From Longimicrobiales bacterium (GTDB lineage: Bacteria; Gemmatimonadota; Gemmatimonadetes; Longimicrobiales; Gaopeijiaceae): a stretch of 64,000 bases of DNA. The translations under genes were made by a program, and so were the position numbers. Below the pieces are notes generated by a model. The model was not told the DNA's origin, searched no databases, and saw only the letters and a list, made by a program, of their open reading frames with translations. Positions 60,864-64,000 of this stretch are shown in pieces; position 1 is the stretch's first letter, and each line of letters opens with the position of its first letter. The stretch lies in NCBI GenBank assembly GCA_965203485.1, contig OZ241892.1:992001-1056000 (forward strand). The letters are read 5' to 3'.

Positions 60864-61882
60864 CGGCCGGCGCGGCGCGAGGATCGAGGCGCCGTCGCAA
60901 CGGATCGGCGTTGCGCGCTACGGCGGCCGTCGTCGCGGCGGTCGCGTGCTTCGGCGGGGCGCCGCCGAAGCACGCGACCGCCCAGGGGATGGTCGAACTG
61001 GCGCAAGCGTGCGCCGCGGAGACGCCCGCCGGCGAGGAGGCGTGCCGGGAACTCGCGCTGGCGGCCGCGGCCCTGCAACGCGGCGTCGGGCTGGCGTCGG
61101 CGCTGGGCAGCGACGTGCCCGGTTCGTCCAGCACGATGGGTCGCCGCATCGGGCGAATGCCCAGGATGGGTCTCTCGGTCGCCGCCCTGGGCGTTCGCGT
61201 TGCCGCGCCGCGGCTCACGGGGGGATCCCGCGAATCCCTGCAGGAGGAAGCCACGGGATGGATTACGGGCATGAGGCTCTCCGCCGCCGTCGGCGTGCTC
61301 GAAGGCTTTCAGCTCGGCACGGCGGTCGGCGGCGTGCTCTCGCTGGACGTGCTCGGCGGCTACTCGCTGCTGCGGTTGCCGGCGTCGGCCGGCCTCGACG
61401 GCTGGTCGTCCGGGGGCGGGGCGGGCCTGCGCGTGGGCCTGACGCGCGAGTCGTTCACGCTGCCCGGCGTATCGGTGTCGGCGATGCGGCGCTGGCGGGG
61501 CGACTTCGGGCCGGGGGCGGCGGCCGCGGGCCCGGCGTCGGTCGAGACCGGCGGCTCGACGGTCACGTCGGTGCGCGCCACGGCGGGCAAGAACTGGTTC
61601 GTCGTGGGCCTCCTCGGAGGCGTCGGCTGGGACCGCTACAGCGGACGCGCCCGGCTGTCCGTGCCTGGAGACGCCGAGATGCGCTCGGCCGCCGAGGGCC
61701 GGCTGCGCTCCAGCCGCCGCCTCTACTTCGCCGGAGCGTGGCTCAGCTACCTCGTCACCCGTCTCGCCGTGGAGGCGGGCGTCGCCGAGGGCCTGGCCGA
61801 TCCGTTCACCGGACGCGGCGGAGCGTTCGACCCCGGCGCGCGCACGTGGTTCGCGTCCGCCGCGCTTCGGGTCACGCTTTGA
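60860..61882 (+). CDS. hypothetical secreted/outer-membrane beta-barrel-like protein
   Basis: Signal peptide, alternating beta-strand pattern; coupled to purM. Confidence 0.6.
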   Translation: MTAGAARGSRRRRNGSALRATAAVVAAVACFGGAPPKHATAQGMVELAQACAAETPAGEEACRELALAAAALQRGVGLASALGSDVPGSSSTMGRRIGRMPRMGLSVAALGVRVAAPRLTGGSRESLQEEATGWITGMRLSAAVGVLEGFQLGTAVGGVLSLDVLGGYSLLRLPASAGLDGWSSGGGAGLRVGLTRESFTLPGVSVSAMRRWRGDFGPGAAAAGPASVETGGSTVTSVRATAGKNWFVVGLLGGVGWDRYSGRARLSVPGDAEMRSAAEGRLRSSRRLYFAGAWLSYLVTRLAVEAGVAEGLADPFTGRGGAFDPGARTWFASAALRVTL

Positions 61883-63243
61883 CGCCCGTTCTCGGCACGG
61901 CTTGCGGCGCTGCGCCCGCGCGTCCGCTCCGGAGCCCAGGTTGCGTCCCCGGCACGCCGCTCGCGGGCTCGCCGCGCCGCGCCGCCGCCCGGAACCGGCC
62001 AGCCCGCTCCGCGCATCGCGAGACGCTTGTCGCCGGGGCGTCCCTGGGCGGCGCGGACCGCCGCCACCTTCTCCGCGCCGTCGAACTCGGCCGCGCCGGC
62101 TGGGGCCGGGTCCACCCGAACCCCATGGTGGGCGCCGTCGTCGTCCGCGCCGGAACGATCTTGGCGGAGGCGTGGCACGACGAGTTCGGGGCGGCCCACG
62201 CCGAGGTCCTGGCGCTCGCGGCCGCCAGCGATGCGCGAGGCTCCACCGTCTACGCCAGCCTGGAGCCGTGCGCCCATGCGGGCAAGACTCCGCCGTGCAC
62301 GGACGCGCTGCTGGCGGCGGGCGTCGCGCGCGTCGTCTACTGGGCCCCGGAACCGGGCCGCCGCGCAGGCGGCGGCGCGGCGCGGCTCCGGGCCTCGGGC
62401 GTGCGGGCGGACGGACCCTTCGGCGCTCCCCCGGACTGGGCCGCCGAGAACCCGTTCTTCTTCCACCGGCGGGCGCGGCCGTACGTGGCGCTCAAGCTGG
62501 CGATCAGCGCGGACGCGCGCATCGCGCCGCCCGGCGGCAGGCGCGCCTGGATCACGGGCCCGGCGGCGCGACGCGAAGGACACCGCATCCGCGCGGGCTT
62601 CGACGCCATCCTTGTCGGAGCGGGCACGTGGAGGGCCGACGATCCCCGCCTGACGGTTCGCGGCCCGGTTGCGCCCCGAATCCCGCCGGCCAGGATCCTG
62701 CTGGACCACGACGGCGAAGTTCCGCTGGCCGCCCGCGCCCTCGAGCGCTCCGGCGGGCCCGCGCTCGTGGCCGTCGCCCCCGAACATGCCACCGCGGCGC
62801 GCGCCCGCCTGGGCCGCCGCGCCGAGATCGTCCCCGTTCCGCCCTCGCCGCCCGCCGGGTCCCGCCTCGCCGTTCCGCGCTCCCCTGCCGGAACGAACCG
62901 CCGCCGTCTGGACGTCGCCGCCCTCTTCGCCAGCCTGCGCGACCGCGGCGTTTCCCGCGTCCTCTGCGAGGGCGGCGGACGCCTGGCCGCGTCCCTGCTC
63001 GCCGCCGACCACGTGGACCGCGCCTACGTCTTCCTTGCGCCCAGGGTCGTGGGCGCCGCCGGCGTCCCTGCCTTCCCCGAACAACCGTCTCCGGACCCGG
63101 CGGACGGCCTGCGCGCATACGTCGAGTCCATGGCGGCCCGCCCGGACGCGGACCCTGGTCCACCGCCGGCGGGATGGCGGGTCTCCAAGGAGCCGGTGCG
63201 CCTCGGACCCGACGCGCTCGTGGTGCTCGACAAGAGCGCTTGA
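61879..63243 (+). CDS. ribD: riboflavin biosynthesis deaminase/reductase RibD (start uncertain)
   Basis: PNPMVGAV, HAE, LEPCAH..KTPPC, DAILVGAGT, EGGG. Confidence 0.93.
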   Translation: MTPVLGTACGAAPARPLRSPGCVPGTPLAGSPRRAAARNRPARSAHRETLVAGASLGGADRRHLLRAVELGRAGWGRVHPNPMVGAVVVRAGTILAEAWHDEFGAAHAEVLALAAASDARGSTVYASLEPCAHAGKTPPCTDALLAAGVARVVYWAPEPGRRAGGGAARLRASGVRADGPFGAPPDWAAENPFFFHRRARPYVALKLAISADARIAPPGGRRAWITGPAARREGHRIRAGFDAILVGAGTWRADDPRLTVRGPVAPRIPPARILLDHDGEVPLAARALERSGGPALVAVAPEHATAARARLGRRAEIVPVPPSPPAGSRLAVPRSPAGTNRRRLDVAALFASLRDRGVSRVLCEGGGRLAASLLAADHVDRAYVFLAPRVVGAAGVPAFPEQPSPDPADGLRAYVESMAARPDADPGPPPAGWRVSKEPVRLGPDALVVLDKSA

Positions 63244-63249
63244 TTCCGC

Positions 63250-63873
63250 TTGTTCACCGGCATCGTCGAGGAAGCGGGCCGCGTCGAGGCCGTGCGGACG
63301 GGGGTCGGCGGCGGGCGGCTGCAAGTGGCCGCGTCCTTCGCCGCCCGCCTCGCGCCGGGCCAGTCGGTCGCGGTGGACGGCGCTTGCCTGACCGTGCGCG
63401 CCCGCGACGACGAGACGTTTTCGGCCGACTTGTCGGCCGCGACCTTGGAGCGCACGATCGCCGCGCGCTACGTCCGCGGCGCCCTGGTCAACCTGGAGCG
63501 CGCGGCGACGATCGGCGACCGGCTCGACGGACACCTCGTGCAGGGGCACGTGGACGCGCAAGCCCGCTTGGAGACCGCCAGACAGCAAGGAAACACCCGT
63601 TTCCTGGAATTTCGGTTGCCGCCGGACGCGCTTGCCGATATGGTTCCCCGCGGCTCCGTCGCGCTGAACGGCGTGAGTCTGACGGTGAACCGGCTTGGGG
63701 AATCCGACCTGTGCGAGGTCGCCGTGGTGCCTCGCACGTGGGAGCACACCAACCTCTCGGCCCTGCGACCCGGCGACGCCGTCAACTTGGAGACCGACTT
63801 GATCGGCAAGTACGTGCGCCGGGCGATCGAGGCTCGTTGCCCATCCAGCGAACCCGGCGGCCATGGCGTTTGA
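63250..63873 (+). CDS. ribE: riboflavin synthase (alpha chain)
   Basis: [29 protein letters not shown]. Confidence 0.95.
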   Translation: MFTGIVEEAGRVEAVRTGVGGGRLQVAASFAARLAPGQSVAVDGACLTVRARDDETFSADLSAATLERTIAARYVRGALVNLERAATIGDRLDGHLVQGHVDAQARLETARQQGNTRFLEFRLPPDALADMVPRGSVALNGVSLTVNRLGESDLCEVAVVPRTWEHTNLSALRPGDAVNLETDLIGKYVRRAIEARCPSSEPGGHGV

Positions 63874-64000
63874 CTCGATCCCCGCGGCGCTGGCCGACGT
63901 CGCCGCTGGCAAGCTCGTGATCGTCGCGGACGACGAAGACCGGGAGAACGAGGGCGACTTGGTCTGCGCGGCGGAGAAGATCACGCCCGAACTCGTGAAC
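63863..64000 (+). CDS. ribB: 3,4-dihydroxy-2-butanone-4-phosphate synthase (RibB/RibBA), truncated by window end
   Basis: [12 protein letters not shown]...[12 protein letters not shown]. Confidence 0.92.
   Translation, partial: MAFDSIPAALADVAAGKLVIVADDEDRENEGDLVCAAEKITPELVN

Overview
GC-rich bacterial chromosome segment. The gene order and protein style suggest Gemmatimonadota, possibly a host-associated lineage (inference, not verified). Two blocks of intact + strand housekeeping genes flank a ~21.5 kb mosaic island between thrS and rpsA (24.1-45.6 kb). Left block: HD hydrolase, ybeY, mgtE, meaB, acyl-CoA mutase, secDF, tatD, mutL, miaA, bshA, uppP, birA, coaX, groES/EL with CIRCE, cyanophycinase, thrS. 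Right block: rpsA, LpoA-like protein, acyl-CoA carboxylase subunits, methylmalonyl-CoA mutase, argS, pfkB kinase, purM, ribD/ribE/ribB. The island holds (i) at least five related cassettes of promoter + small secreted Cys-containing protein + beta-propeller protein, one with an ABC transporter and one with a DsbA-propeller fusion; (ii) diverged partial copies of both flanking loci (thrS 3' end, rpsA upstream/5' end); (iii) IS3 and ISL3 remnants and a decayed BglII/BstYI-like R-M pair. The most striking unannotated feature is a ~465-nt, densely base-paired candidate RNA with its own sigma70-like promoter and intrinsic terminator directly upstream of rpsA. A diverged second copy in the island keeps the helices and two long-range loop pairings. 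Many island frameshifts lie in C homopolymers, so some may be sequencing or assembly errors. All product calls come from motif recognition by eye, not database searches.
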